A stretch of DNA of 64,000 bases from an uncultured Phycisphaerales bacterium (GCA_963844715.1 CAWJPJ010000007.1:224001-288000); one strand, 5' to 3'. Positions 32,625 to 44,668 are shown, counted from the first letter of the stretch. Translations and numbers: made by a program. The notes: generated by a model not told the origin, from the letters alone.

Positions 32625-33565
32625 GTTTGGAGAATCCGATCATCGCCGTCATCGGGGCCGGCGCGGTCGGCGGATATTACGGCGCGCGACTCGTCGAGGG
32701 GGGCTTCCAGGTCCATTTCCACATGCGGTCGGATGCCGAGTCCGTCCGGAAGACGGGGATGCGGATCGAAAGCCGGGACGGCGATTTCGTACTTTCTTCC
32801 GGACAGGTGCGGGCTCACGAGCATCCGTCGACGATGCCCAAAGCCGATCTGATCGTCGTCACGCTCAAAACCACGGCAAATGATCAATTGGGTGATTTGA
32901 TCGAGCCGATCGTGAAGGACGACTCGGCAATCCTGACTCTGCAAAATGGTTTGGGCAACGAGGAGATTCTGGCCGAACGCTTCGGGGCGGGGCGGGTGCT
33001 CGGGGGGATGGCATTTGTCTGTATCAACCGGCTGGCCCCGGGGCATATCAGCCATACCGATCATGGGATGATCCAACTGGCGGAATATTCGACCCCCGAG
33101 GGGGCCTCGCCGCGGGCGAGACGGATCGCCGAGATATTCTCCCAATGCAAGATTCCTTGCGGGACAATACCCAACTTGATCTACGGACGATGGGAAAAGC
33201 TGCTCTGGAACATCCCCTTCAACGGACTGGGGGCTCTGCTGGATCGATCGACCGACCGGCTGATTGATAACGCGGCCGGACTGCACCTTGTGACGACCCT
33301 AATGGCTGAAGTGGAAAGGATCGCGGCGGCCCTGGGGCACAAACTCCCGGCCGACCTGATCCAGAGGAAAATTGACTATACCCGCACCATGGGCGCTTAT
33401 AGGACTAGCACCCAGATCGATAGACAAAGAAACCGTCCTATGGAACTGGAGGCGATCTGGGGGCGGCCCCTGGAGACGGCGCGTTCAAACGGCGCTACAA
33501 CGCCTTATATAGAAATGCTTTACAACGCACTGGTTTTGATTAATCGTCCAAATCAATTCCGATAA
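32621..33565 (+). CDS. panE: 2-dehydropantoate 2-reductase
   Basis: GAGAVGGYYG, LQNGLG, WEKLLWN, TSTQID, MELEAI. Confidence 0.9.
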   Translation: MSLENPIIAVIGAGAVGGYYGARLVEGGFQVHFHMRSDAESVRKTGMRIESRDGDFVLSSGQVRAHEHPSTMPKADLIVVTLKTTANDQLGDLIEPIVKDDSAILTLQNGLGNEEILAERFGAGRVLGGMAFVCINRLAPGHISHTDHGMIQLAEYSTPEGASPRARRIAEIFSQCKIPCGTIPNLIYGRWEKLLWNIPFNGLGALLDRSTDRLIDNAAGLHLVTTLMAEVERIAAALGHKLPADLIQRKIDYTRTMGAYRTSTQIDRQRNRPMELEAIWGRPLETARSNGATTPYIEMLYNALVLINRPNQFR

Positions 33566-33743
33566 AATCCCGGCTGGCGTGAGAAGATGGCTAATCTTCG
33601 ACTTTTGCCTTGCCTTCTTTTGTTTTTGGGTTATAGAAAATGATGCACTAGGTGATAGATTTCACGAAGTGCACCGTTTTCGTGTCTGTCGGGGCGGAGA
33701 GTGCCCCGCAGTTTCGGTGTGAGGGCGTAAGGGAGTAGAGAAA

Positions 33744-33944
33744 ATGGTTTCCCAACGTAGGGTTGCACAACTCGGCCTAGCGGCGGCGGCGCTGGTGATG
33801 ATCAGTTCCGTCGGCATTTTGATCACTCAGGGCGATAACGGGATTAACATTGCTAAGGGGAACGGAGTCTCTTCCGCCCCTCAAGCAGTCGTTCCCTTGG
33901 TTTCGGTTTCGGATCGCTCCAATGGCGACGGCTCGAAGCAGTAG
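33744..33944 (+). CDS. Small protein (66 aa) with an N-terminal hydrophobic helix
   Basis: Isolated ORF after an AT-rich promoter-like region, purine-rich leader. Confidence 0.5.
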   Translation: MVSQRRVAQLGLAAAALVMISSVGILITQGDNGINIAKGNGVSSAPQAVVPLVSVSDRSNGDGSKQ

Positions 33945-34019
33945 TCTCTCGCCCGTCTAACACACTGCATTTCCAACCTGCTTCTTCGTGCGCGCCTGTC
34001 TCTGGGCTAGAATACTCCC

Positions 34020-35252
34020 ATGCATCTGGTCGTCTTCGAAGGATCGCACTGGCCAAGCTTCGTTCCCATTTCGATCAACCGGCCGGTCTTTGCCCTACGC
34101 TGCGGACTGAGCACTCTTCTTGAAAAGCAGATTCGCCACATTCGACCGACGCGTTTGACGCTATGGGTTCGGCCGGCGCTGGCGGAGTATTGCCGCAAGC
34201 ACATCGCGCCGGAACTGGGGGTTCCGACATCCGTTAACACGCCGCTGGATGACGAGCCGACCCTGCTTTCCAGCGGGCGAGCCCTGCATGTGGGGAGGTA
34301 CGACGTTCACGAATCACAATGGGTGGTCGTGGACGATCCCGGCGTGATCCGCATGGCGTTTACAAAATCCCCGGGGCTGTCTCATGAGGATTGCCTGAAT
34401 CGAACCCCCGCCTGGACGAAGCTGCTCGATTTGCCGCGAGACACGCAACCCGCCCGTCTGCCGCAATACCTTTCGGACCTGGTTCATTGGAACGAAGAGG
34501 CGATCATGGCCGACGCGAATCCGCTTCTGGAAAAGGAGCATTCGCTTCCCAAGGGGCCGTACCACGTGATTGGGGATCAGAATGTGATTGTCGGCCCGAA
34601 GGCAACACTAGGACCCGGCGTCGTTCTCGATGGGAGCAAAGGACCGGTCATCATCGAGGAAGGTGCGTCGGTCGGCGCAAATAGCGTGCTCACCGGGCCG
34701 TGCGCGATCGGGAAATTCACGACGGTTGCGCCTCTGACGTATATCCGCGAAGGAACGAGCATCGGCATGATGTGCAAAGTTGCCGGCGAAATCGCCAACA
34801 GCATCATCCAGGGCTGGTCCAACAAAGCCCACTACGGCTATCTCGGGCACAGCTACCTGGGCGAATGGGTCAACCTCGGCGCCGGCACCACCACGAGCAA
34901 CCTGAAAAACACCTACGGCCCAATCAAGATGCACATCGGCAAGAAAGAAATCGTCACAGACCGCCGCCTCCTCGGCTCCATGATCGGCGACCACAGCAAG
35001 ACCGCGATCAGCACGCGATTAATGAGCGGCAGTTACATCGGCTATTGCAGCATGCTCGCCGCCAGCACGCTTCCGCCGCGATTCATCCCCAGCTTTACGT
35101 TCTGGACGGATCGCGGGATGGAGCCGTATCGAATCGACAAGGCGCGCGAAGTCATGTCGCAGGTCTATGCAAGGCGCGGGCGGATTTGGGGCGATGAGGA
35201 TGAGGCGATGCTCCAGTACGCCGTTGAGTCTGTGCGCGAATTGCAGAAATAA
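34020..35252 (+). CDS. GlmU-related putative sugar nucleotidyltransferase with hexapeptide repeats
   Basis: RPVFALRCG N-terminus; left-handed beta-helix repeats; NKAHYGYLGHSYLGEWVNLGAGTTTSNLKNTY. Confidence 0.85.
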   Translation: MHLVVFEGSHWPSFVPISINRPVFALRCGLSTLLEKQIRHIRPTRLTLWVRPALAEYCRKHIAPELGVPTSVNTPLDDEPTLLSSGRALHVGRYDVHESQWVVVDDPGVIRMAFTKSPGLSHEDCLNRTPAWTKLLDLPRDTQPARLPQYLSDLVHWNEEAIMADANPLLEKEHSLPKGPYHVIGDQNVIVGPKATLGPGVVLDGSKGPVIIEEGASVGANSVLTGPCAIGKFTTVAPLTYIREGTSIGMMCKVAGEIANSIIQGWSNKAHYGYLGHSYLGEWVNLGAGTTTSNLKNTYGPIKMHIGKKEIVTDRRLLGSMIGDHSKTAISTRLMSGSYIGYCSMLAASTLPPRFIPSFTFWTDRGMEPYRIDKAREVMSQVYARRGRIWGDEDEAMLQYAVESVRELQK

Positions 35253-35305
35253 CGTCGACGCGGGCTCGGATGCAATCCCCACGTAGTTTGCGTATAACTT
35301 CCGCG

Positions 35306-36392
35306 ATGCCGTCCAAGCCCCGCATTCTCACCGGCGACACGCCCACCGGGAAACTTCACCTCGGCCACTACGTGGGGAGCCTCGAAAATCGGCTGGCTTT
35401 GCAGGACGAATACGACTGCTATTTCATTATCGCCAACAAGCACGCGTTCACGACTCGCGCGGACAAGCCGGAGGAGATCCGGCAGTCGGTGATGGAGATC
35501 GCTACGGATTATCTCGCGGCCGGGATCGATCCGAACAAGAGCACCATCTTCATCCAAAGTGAAGTCCCGGCCATCGACGAACTGACGTTTTTCTTCGCGA
35601 TGCTGGTGCCATTCAATCGCGTGATGCGGAACCCGACACTGAAGGATGAAATCCGTGACAAGGAACTGGGGGACAATTATTCGTTCGGATTCCCGATGTA
35701 CGCGGTGGGGCAATGCGCGGACATTCTGGCGTTTCGCCCGGCGCTGGTTCCCGTCGGGGAGGATCAACTGCCTCACCTGGAGATGTCGCGGGAGATCGCC
35801 CGGAGGTTCGACCAAATGTACTGTGGGGTCGATCCACATACGGAGGACAAGGATTACGCGGCCAAAGGCGGGCTCTTCCCCATCTTCCAGCCGCTGCTCG
35901 GGCGAGTGAAAAGACTGGTCGGCACCGGCGGCCCCGGACCGAACGGCGATCTGCTCAAGATGAGCAAATCCCTGAACAACGCGATTTTCCTATCCGACGA
36001 CGCCGAGACGGTGCGAAAAAAAGTCATGGGGATGTACACCGATCCCAAACGCCTGCGGGCGACCGATCCTGGAACCGTGGAGAACAACCCACTGTGGATT
36101 TTTCACGAGACGTTCAACCCCGACAAGGCGTGGGTCATGGATCAGCAGGAAGCCTATCGCCAGGGAAAAGTCGGCGACGTCGTCATCAAGAAACAACTCG
36201 TGGAGGTTCTGAACACGATCATCGAGCCGATCCGAAACCGGCGCAAGCATTACGAGGATCGGCCGGACGACGTGCTGGACGTGCTGCGAGCCGGAACAGG
36301 CGCGCGCCAATGCGGTCTCGGAAGAGACTCTGCACCTGGCAAAGAAAGCCATGAAGCAGGATTACTTCCCCCGGTCACTGACTCTGGGATAA
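35306..36392 (+). CDS. trpS: Tryptophanyl-tRNA synthetase, frameshift near 36300
   Basis: TGDTPTGKLHLGH, VPVGEDQ, KMSKS; corrected end ...KQDYFPRSLTLG*. Confidence 0.95.
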
Positions 36393-38142
36393 ATAATTAA
36401 GCCACATCTGGCGATATGATCCCTCGATCTGCCGCGCCAAAGATTTTGGATCCATGATCGGCGAATCAAGCATTTTTTGGCGCAGATGTCGCCGCAAGTC
36501 AGCGAGGCGCGGAATATCTGCCGCTAATTCCAGGGCGATGCGCTGATACGCCGCTCGATCCTCGGCAATCAGCTCCGTGAGATTCAAATTTGAGAGGACA
36601 CTGAGACCCAGACGGTGGCGGCAGATGTTCCCGGCCAGCGTTACCACCGGTAAACCCAGCCAAAGGGCGTGACAACTGATCGTGTGCCCGCAAACGGGGA
36701 AGGTATCGAGCAGAATGTCGGCTTCGTGATGGAGCGCGTAATACCCCTCCCACGATTGCCGCGGCAAAAGGCGGAGGCGCTGTGGTTCAACGCCGCGCGA
36801 TGCGAAAATCGATTCGATCCCCGCGCGGGCTTGCGGATTGCAGGCCGTGGGCTGCCATGAGGAACTTCGAGCTCGGCACTTTGGCGAGAATTTCCGCCCA
36901 GCAGTCGAGCAAGTCGGGATTCACTTTTGAAAGATTATTGAAGCTGGCGAAAGTCCCCGCGCCTGTCCGGGAGGCTGGGGAGGGCCATACCTCCGGCATA
37001 TCGTCGGGCGGGCGATAGCAGGCAAAAGTTTTGGGGAGGCGAATCAATTTTTCGGTATAGAACCGGTCCGTGCCCGGGGGATCAAGATAGGCGTCGGTAA
37101 AGCGATAGCCGATCGTCGACAGGCCGGTCGTATCGGTGTAGCCGAGATACGTGACCTGCACGGGGGCCGGCTTTCGGGCGAAAACCAGAAGCCGGGACCC
37201 CTCGGTATGCCCGGAAAGATCGACCAGAATGTCGATGGCATCCCTGCGAATCATTTCCGCCGCCTCGGCGTGATCCAGGTCGTAGATGTTGCGCCAGTGT
37301 GCGACTTCGCCTCGCAGGCGGTCTGTGAGATCGTCGGTATCTTTGGCCGTGCTGTAGGCGAATACGTCAACCTGTTTGGGATCGTGATTCGCCAGCAAAG
37401 GCTCGATGAAAATCGCGGCTGAATGGCGCCGGAAATCGCCGGAGACGTATCCGACGCGGAGCGGCCGATCGGGGTTGCGATCGTTCGTGTGGCCGCGGAT
37501 ATCGCCGCGCAGGGGGAATCCAAATCGCCGATCCCAATCCAAATGCTCGGCGAATAGGACGGCTGGGTCGGCCTTCGAGTCGAAATGCAGCGTGAAAAGC
37601 CGGTTGGCCAGGAAACTCGGCTCCGGGACCAGGCGCGAGATGCGTCCGAATATTTCCGCCGCCTCAGCGGCGCTGCCCTGCAATTGCAGCGCAAGGGCGA
37701 GATTGTGCAGAAATTCCGGATGGTCCGGCCGAAGGGCCAGGGCGCGATTAAAAACCTCCACGCCGCGCGGCCCCTCCCCCGCATCCCGAAGGGCGTTGCC
37801 GAGATTATTCAGAATATCCGCGACATCGGGCCGCAACTTCAGCGCTTCTTCATAGGCGGCCACCGCTTCGACGGACTTTTTCTGCTCGCGCAGGACGATC
37901 CCGAGATTGTTGAAAGCCTCGACATAATCCGGCTTGGCGGCGATGGCGCGACGGAAAAAGCCCTCGGCGTCGCCGGGCCGCTCGCTCTGCATGTTGACGA
38001 TCCCCAGAAGCTGCAATGCGTAGGGATTTTCGGGCCTTTCAGCCAGAAGCTGACGAAGCAACGACTCCGCCTCGCCGAGACGGGAATCGCCGAGCATTTG
38101 AACGGCCTGGGAAAGCTGCTGATTGAATTCGGTCTCGCTCAC
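36375..38142 (-). CDS. SPINDLY/OGT-like TPR + GT41 protein (copy 3), frameshift near 36800
   Basis: TPRs, RVGYVSGDFRRH, DLSGHT, KPAPVQVTYLGY, SFNNLSKV, DILLDTFP. Confidence 0.85.
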
Positions 38143-40102
38143 GCCGTCTTTCTCCCGCACCAATCGCGCCACATCGCGCGGAACGCTTCTTCCACATCCC
38201 TGGCGTATCGCCCGGCATCCATGAGCGGGGACGCTTGCATCTTGTCGCGCAGGCCGCGCCGTATTTCCGCCAGGCGGGGCAAATCGCCGGCCAATTGTTT
38301 TGCAATCGCAACGTACTCATCGGGCGAATCGGCGATCAACTCCGGCAGGCCCGCATTCGTCAATATGCTCACCCCCGCGCGCCCGACGGCGGTCGATCCG
38401 CGCAGGGTAACCGAGGGCACGCCCATCCAGAGCGAATCGCACGTGGTCGTTCCGCCGTTGAAAGGGAAGGAATCGAGGCCAATGTCGACCTGGTTGTAAT
38501 TCTCGAAATATTCACGCGGTTTGCCTGGCGGCGCAAAGGAAAGACGATCCGGGTTCAGATGCCCCGCCTCGAGGTCCGCACGATATTGATTCCGGCGCGA
38601 GCCGAACGGACAGGAGAGCACGAGTCGCGACTGGGGGACTTCGGCGAGGATGCGCATCCAAAGTTTCCAGGCGTCGGCCGAGAGTTTGCTCAGATTATTG
38701 AATGACGCGAACGTGACCACCCCATCTCGCAATGCGGGGAGCGACGAAGAAGCCGAAATGTCCTCCATCATCGGCTGGTAGCACCAATACGTGCGAGCAA
38801 GGCACACGGATTTCTCGGAATAGGCCGATTCATCGCACCCCGGCGGATCCAAGTAGGGATCGGTCAGCCGATAATCCATCGCGGTCATTCCGCTGCTCCC
38901 GCAATAGGCGAGAAAAGTAACCTGAACAGGCGAGGGCTTTCGGCGCATGTGAGCAGGCGATTGCCGGCGGTATGGAGGGAGAGATCGACCAGAATGTCGA
39001 TCTCATCGCCGCGAATCAGGTCGGCCAATTCGGCGTCGGATCGCCCGCGCGCGTCCCGCCAGGCATCGGCCAGCGATTGAAGCCGGCGCGTGGTCTCGTC
39101 GTGCCAGTGCACATCGGAATAGCAAAAGATTTCATACGCCGTGTGATTGTGATTCTGCAATAGGGGGAGCATGAAGCGCCCGATCGGATGGCCGAGAAAA
39201 TCGGGGGAGACGTAGCCGATCTTAATGCGCCGATTTTCGTGGCGCGAATTGTAGTGCGCCCGAATTTCCCGCGCCAGGGGCTCGGCGTGCATCGCGTTCC
39301 ACCGTTGCAATTCGTCGCGCAAAATCCGGGGCGATTCAAGCGGGACATACCCCATCGCGGCGACCAGATTGCTGTGCCACTGCGCGCGGGCCGGCTGAAG
39401 TTGAACGGCGCGGCCGTAATAACCAAGCGCCAATTCCGACTGGCCGGAGTCCATCAGCACGTTGCCGAGATTATTAAACGCCTCGGCGTAATCGGTGCGC
39501 AGAGAAATCGCCTTGGCGAAAGCCGCGGCGGCTTCGTCCTGGCGGCCCGCCACGCGGAGGGCAACGCCTAGATTATTGTGAGCGCTCGCTAGTTCCGGCC
39601 GCAGGCGGGCCACGCGAGCGAGCAATTCCAGCGCCTCGTCGTTCCTTCCACCGGCGCTGAGAAGCAGGCCCAGATTGCTCATCGCCGAATCGAGATCGCC
39701 CTGGATTTCCAGCGCGGCGCGAAACGACTCCATCGCCTTGCCGTAATCGCCGGAAGATTGATAGGCGATCCCCAGGCTGTTCAGCGCCAGCGCATATCGC
39801 GGCCGCAACTCTAAAGCCCGCCGATAACAGGCAAACGCCGCGGCCTTATCCCCAGCGGCATGCTGGGCGATTCCCAGTTGATGGAACCCTTCCGGAAATT
39901 CCGGCTGAAGATTGACGACGGCGGACAATCTTTCGATCGCCTCGGCCAGACGACCGGTCTGCTGGAGAAGCTGCCCGAGTAGGAACGTCGCCGTGGCATC
40001 GGCGGGATTGTTCGCAAGGATTTGGCGGTAGATTTTCTCGGCCTCGGACAGGTCCCCCGCCCGGTGAAGCTGCTGCGCGTGCTGCATCTGCGCTTCACTC
40101 AT
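38139..40102 (-). CDS. SPINDLY/OGT-like TPR + GT41 protein (copy 2), frameshift near 38950
   Basis: ~7 TPRs, KIGYVSPDFLGHPIG, DLSLHT, SFNNLSKL, DSFPFNGGTTTCDSLWMGVP. Confidence 0.88.
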
Positions 40103-42165
40103 ACCCGGCTCCGCAGCCAATCCTTCCACATCTTTCGATAGACGCCTTCGACATCGCGGGCGAATTGCGCGCCGTCCGAAATCGGCGACCGTTTGAGGCT
40201 GTCGCGCAGCCGAATGCGCAAATCGGCGAGCCTGGGCAAATCTTTCGCCAGTCCCTCGGCAATCGCGATGTACCGATCGACATTTTCGGCGATCAGTTCG
40301 GGCAGGCCCATGGCGCCGAGCAAACTCGCCCCGACGCGACTGACGGCGGTGTCGCCGGTCAACGTTACAACGGGGACGCCCATCCAGTAAGAATCCAGGC
40401 TCGTCGTATGCCCCGGATACGGAAACGGGTCGAGCCCGATGTCCTGGCGATGAAAAAGCCGGACATACTCATCCCACGGCAAAAGCCCGACGATTTCGAT
40501 GCGGTCGCCGGCGATGCCGCATTGGGATAATGCCTCGAGCACTGCGCCGCGCCGCAGCGCCGGCCGGGCACCGAAGGATGAGCCTGGATTCCTTCACCTT
40601 GGCGAGCAACTCTCCCCACACCTGCAAAACCTGGGGAGTGACCTTGCAGAAATTATTCAGCGAGCCGAACGTGATGTGCCCGTTTCGCGTGGCCGGGAGG
40701 GGTTGTACAGCGGCTTCATCGCCGCCCCATCGCCAGCAGAGATAAGTGCTGGGCAGGCGGATCGTCTTTTCGGTGTAATTCCCGTCGGTCCCCGGCGGAT
40801 CGATCCAGGCGTCGCTGAGTCGATAGTCGACCGCCGACACTCCTGTCGTGCTGGGGTAACCGAGATAAGAGACCTGAATCGGCGCGGGCTTTTGCGCAAA
40901 AGCCGTGAGGCGATTGTGCGCCATGTGGAGGGAGAGATCGACGAGGATATCGATTTTGCGATCACGAATCGCGCTCACGAACTGATCGTCGGAAAGGGAA
41001 TGAACGGCGATCCATTCGTGGGGTAGCCGCTCCATGCGCTGCGTGCAGGCGTCGGCGTGCCGGACGTTGGAAAAGCAGAACGTCTGGAATTTCTGATGAT
41101 CGTGGTTTTCCAGAAGAAACTCGAACGACAATCCAACCGGATGGCGTCGGAAATCGGCCGAGACGTAACCGATGCGCAGCGGGCGATCGGGATCGCGATC
41201 GTTGGGGTGATCGTTTGCCGGTGCAATGCCGGCGATGTGACGACCTGCGAATTCCAAATGTTCGGCGAGGATTTTTTTGCGCCGAAGTCGGGATGAAAAT
41301 GGAGGGTGTAAAGTCGATTGGAATGGGTCGCGGCGGATTGAGGCCTCAGCGCGATGGCGCGGTCGTAGCACACCAGGGATTCGTCGAGCTGCCCGGCATC
41401 CTTAAGAAGCCCGGCGAGGTTATTCCAGGCGCGCGGCTCGTTGGGATTCGCGGCCAGGGATTGCCGCAGGGCGGCGATCGCCTCGTCGAGCATCGCGGCG
41501 TCGCGCAGAATCGTCCCCAGGTTATAAGCCGCTGACCAGTCGCGTGGATTGATCTCCAGGCGCGCCGCCAGGCCGCCACGGCCTCGGGGAAGCGCCGAAC
41601 TTTGTGCAGCAGAGGCGCCATATCCGCAAAGGCCTCGGCAAAATCCGGCTTCAGATCTATGGCGCGGACAAAAAGGTCCAGTGCCTCCGCGTCCTTGCCG
41701 GCATCCCGCAAAAAGACGGCGCAACGTCGCTGAATTTCGGCGCTGCGAGGTTCGAGAACGGCGGATTTGCGAATCGCTTCGATCGCCTCGGCGTACTGAT
41801 GCTTCATATAAAGCGATTGCGAGAGATTGAACCACGCCGCCGCCGAATCCGGCTGCAAGTCCAACACCCGCCGATAGGCGGCGGTCGCCTCGTCATATCT
41901 CTGGGCCAGTTGCAGGGCGGCGCCTAAATCGCCGGTAATGGCCGCATCCTCGGGCCGTTGCTCGAGCCGCGCGCACCAGCGCGTCGATCGCCTGCGGATA
42001 GGTACTCTTTTGGGTCAGCACGATGCCCAGAAAATGAAGGACATCCGGATGGAAAGGCTCCCGCGCCAGAATCTCGCGGAAGAGTTTCTCGGCATCGTCA
42101 AGATGGCCGGCGGCGTGATGACGCCTCGCCTGGTCGTATTTTTCCTGGAGTGAGGGTTCGCTCAT
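40099..42165 (-). CDS. SPINDLY/OGT-like TPR + GT41 protein (copy 1), ~4 frameshifts
   Basis: MSEPSLQEKY TPR start; RIGYVSADFRRHPVG, KPAPIQVSYLGYP, DPFPYPGHTTSLDSYWMGVP spread over several frames. Confidence 0.82.
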
Positions 42166-42170
42166 ACCAA

Positions 42171-42876
42171 TCAAGCCGACGGCGGCGGGGGGAGATTTTG
42201 CTGATCGGGCGAGCCCGCAGGCGGCGCGGGCGGATACGCGGACTCGCCCGCGTCCCCCTGCTGCCCGTACCCGTAACCTTCGCCATACTGCTGCTGTTGC
42301 ATCCAGTAGTACCACGCCTGCTGCATCGCGGCGACCGCGCGCGGGTTGGGAATCGTGCGCAGAGCCCGAAGCTGGCTGACCAGGGTCCCGATGCAATAGG
42401 CGAGAATCGCGAGATAAAAGATCACCGACGGATCCAATCCGAGCTCGAGGTAATCCCCCGATGATAAGAAACACCACCAGCAGGCCCATTCCCCCCACGA
42501 TCACCATCGAAACGACGATCAAATTTCTGCGACGCCGGAATACAAAGGGGCTCAGAGCCGCTAGTAGCCCGCCGACAAGCATCACCGCGACCAGGATCGC
42601 AATCATGATCGCCCGAAACACGGCCGTCGGATCGTGCCCCGGAATGTCCGGCAACTCGCCGCCATTTTTTTGAAATTGCGAAATGGCAGCGGTCACCTCC
42701 GAGCTCGATATATTCGCCGCCAGGCACGTCCCGGAGAGGAACATCAGCAGCCCCATCACAAGTTGCAGGATCCCCGCGATCGTGGCGCTCCGGTCGCGCG
42801 GCGTCCACCCCGAACCGGGCAGATGATCCGTGGTCGGCGGCACATATGGATTGGGTGGGTAGGGGTATTGACTCAC
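42171..42876 (-). CDS. Membrane protein (~4 TM) with Pro/Tyr/Gln-rich termini, frameshift near 42450
   Basis: GTG start overlaps the rsmE stop; hydrophobic helices; C-terminus QQYGEGYGYGQQ...PPPPSA*. Confidence 0.7.
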
Positions 42877-43637
42877 AAGTTATTCCGGTGAGGAACACTA
42901 CCGATGGTCGCCCCCGGGGCTGCATGCGTCAAGCCGCTTTGGGCGGTCGCCACGATTGCCGCCCCCGCAACCGCGGCGGTCTCGATGCGCAGGATCGTAT
43001 CGGTCAATCGAACGCCCGCGATTCCCGCTGACGCGAAGAGTTCGGATTCCTCCGGCGTCCACCCCCCTTCCGGCCCGACGAATAGGACCAGGGACGCGGG
43101 TGGCGCGGCCAGCAATTCCAAAATCGGCCGTGCCGCGGCATCGACCGACAGGTGCCATCGAGCTTCGTTTGTCTTTTCCGCCATCAATTCTGCTGGCGTT
43201 GCCAGGGAATGGATCCGCATCACCGTATCCCTGCCCGATTGGCGCGAGGCCTCCGCGGCCAGACGCCGCCAGCGTTCGAATTTTTTGTCCCCTTTTGGCA
43301 GAACCGCGCCGCGCGCCGTTGCCAGGGGGAAGAAGTCCGCGACGCCCAATTCGGCCAATTTTTCGACCATCCAGTCCGCGCGGGCGGCCTTGGGAATGGC
43401 TGCGGCAACCGACAGGCGGGCCGCCACCGCCCGGGGGGGCTCAATCCGAGTGATTTCGATCGTCACCCCCGCCCGCCCCACGGCGGAAATCGACCCATGC
43501 CCCACAGCACCGCCCTGCCCGAAGACTTCGATCTCCTGCCCCATGGTCAGCCGCAGCACATCCCGGAGGTACCGGGCCTGAGCGTCAGATAAATCGGTCC
43601 TTCCCAGTGAGAATTCCGGCAGGTGAATCCGGCGCAT
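42873..43637 (-). CDS. rsmE: 16S rRNA m3U1498 methyltransferase
   Basis: YLRDVLRL, EKLAELGV, EASRQSGR, VGPEGGW, ILRIETA. Confidence 0.93.
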   Translation of the reverse strand: MRRIHLPEFSLGRTDLSDAQARYLRDVLRLTMGQEIEVFGQGGAVGHGSISAVGRAGVTIEITRIEPPRAVAARLSVAAAIPKAARADWMVEKLAELGVADFFPLATARGAVLPKGDKKFERWRRLAAEASRQSGRDTVMRIHSLATPAELMAEKTNEARWHLSVDAAARPILELLAAPPASLVLFVGPEGGWTPEESELFASAGIAGVRLTDTILRIETAAVAGAAIVATAQSGLTHAAPGATIGSVPHRNNL

Positions 43638-43794
43638 AATAAGGGGCGATTATCAGACTGACCCGCGCATGGGGCAAGGCAGCATTGAAACCCGCGTTTC
43701 CGCTAGTTATGATTCCTTCGGTCCTGTCCGAATAAACGCAAGGATGCGCGGTCACGGCTAAAGCAAGGCCCTGATCGTTCGGTAAGGAGTCCGT

Positions 43795-44668
43795 ATGGCA
43801 CAGGTCGCCGATCCGCAGGATACATCTGCTTCCAATCCTGAGTCCTTGGGCAGCGCCGACGAGATGCTTTCGCAGCTTGCCGGCAGCGAGATCGACCGTC
43901 TCCTGGCCGAGGCGGATGTCGAATCGCCGCAGCCCAAATCCCAATCCTGCGCGAGTGGAGCCCGGCGCGACCAAATCCGCGCATTCCGTTTCCGATTTAC
44001 GCGAAGCCGCGGCTATCGAAAATGAATTGGGGTTGGACGAGGCGTCGCTGACGAGCCAGCTCGACGAGCTTTTCAATCAATTGCAGGATGAGACAGCGGC
44101 CAAGGTGGCCCAGATAGCCGAGAAGCCGGCGGCACCCCCGCCGGCGCCACCCGCGCTAGCGGAGGCGAAGGCAGCCGAACCGTCCCTCCCCGAGCCCGCC
44201 GCGGAAGCCGCCCCGACGGAAGGCGCCGAACGGGCGGCGCTGCTTGATGCCGCCGGATTTGAGGCTCCGGAAAAACCTGCGGAGGCAGAACTCGCGACAC
44301 CGGCTGCCGAAATTCAGCCTGCGACTGCACAAGAAGCCACTGTGGCTGCACCGGCGGCCCAGCCCGCTGCAACGACGCCCGTCTCGTCTCCGCGCGCAGT
44401 CGAGGCGTCGGCCGTTGCGCCTCCGGCGGCGCAAGATGCCGCGGACGCATCCGAGCGTTCAGCCGTCCTTTCCGCCGCTGGATTTGAGTCGATCGATACC
44501 CATTCGGAACCTGTGCCTGCCTGGATCAAGCCGCTGATATGGATCAACGCCCCGATGCGGCACTGCTCCCCCGCGGTTCGCCATGCCATGGGCCGGGCGG
44601 CCGTCGTGACTCTTATCAATTCAGTCCTGGTGCTCACCTACATCGCGTTCACCCATCGTCATCATTGA
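43795..44668 (+). CDS. Acidic Ala/Pro-rich protein with a C-terminal membrane anchor, frameshift near 43950
   Basis: RBS TAAGGAG; N-terminal LSQLAGSEIDRLL; internal repeat ERxAxLxAAGFE; C-terminal hydrophobic helix. Confidence 0.65.

Noticed and set aside
33485..33645. Possible dif site in an AT-rich stretch (TTATATAGAAAT, TTATAGAAAAT)
   Set aside because: Only a partial XerD-arm resemblance, with no matching XerC arm at 6-bp spacing.
41893..42876. Apparent membrane protein-TPR fusion
   Set aside because: A frameshift near 42450 joins two genes. The true stop is at 42171 and the GT41 start is at 42165.
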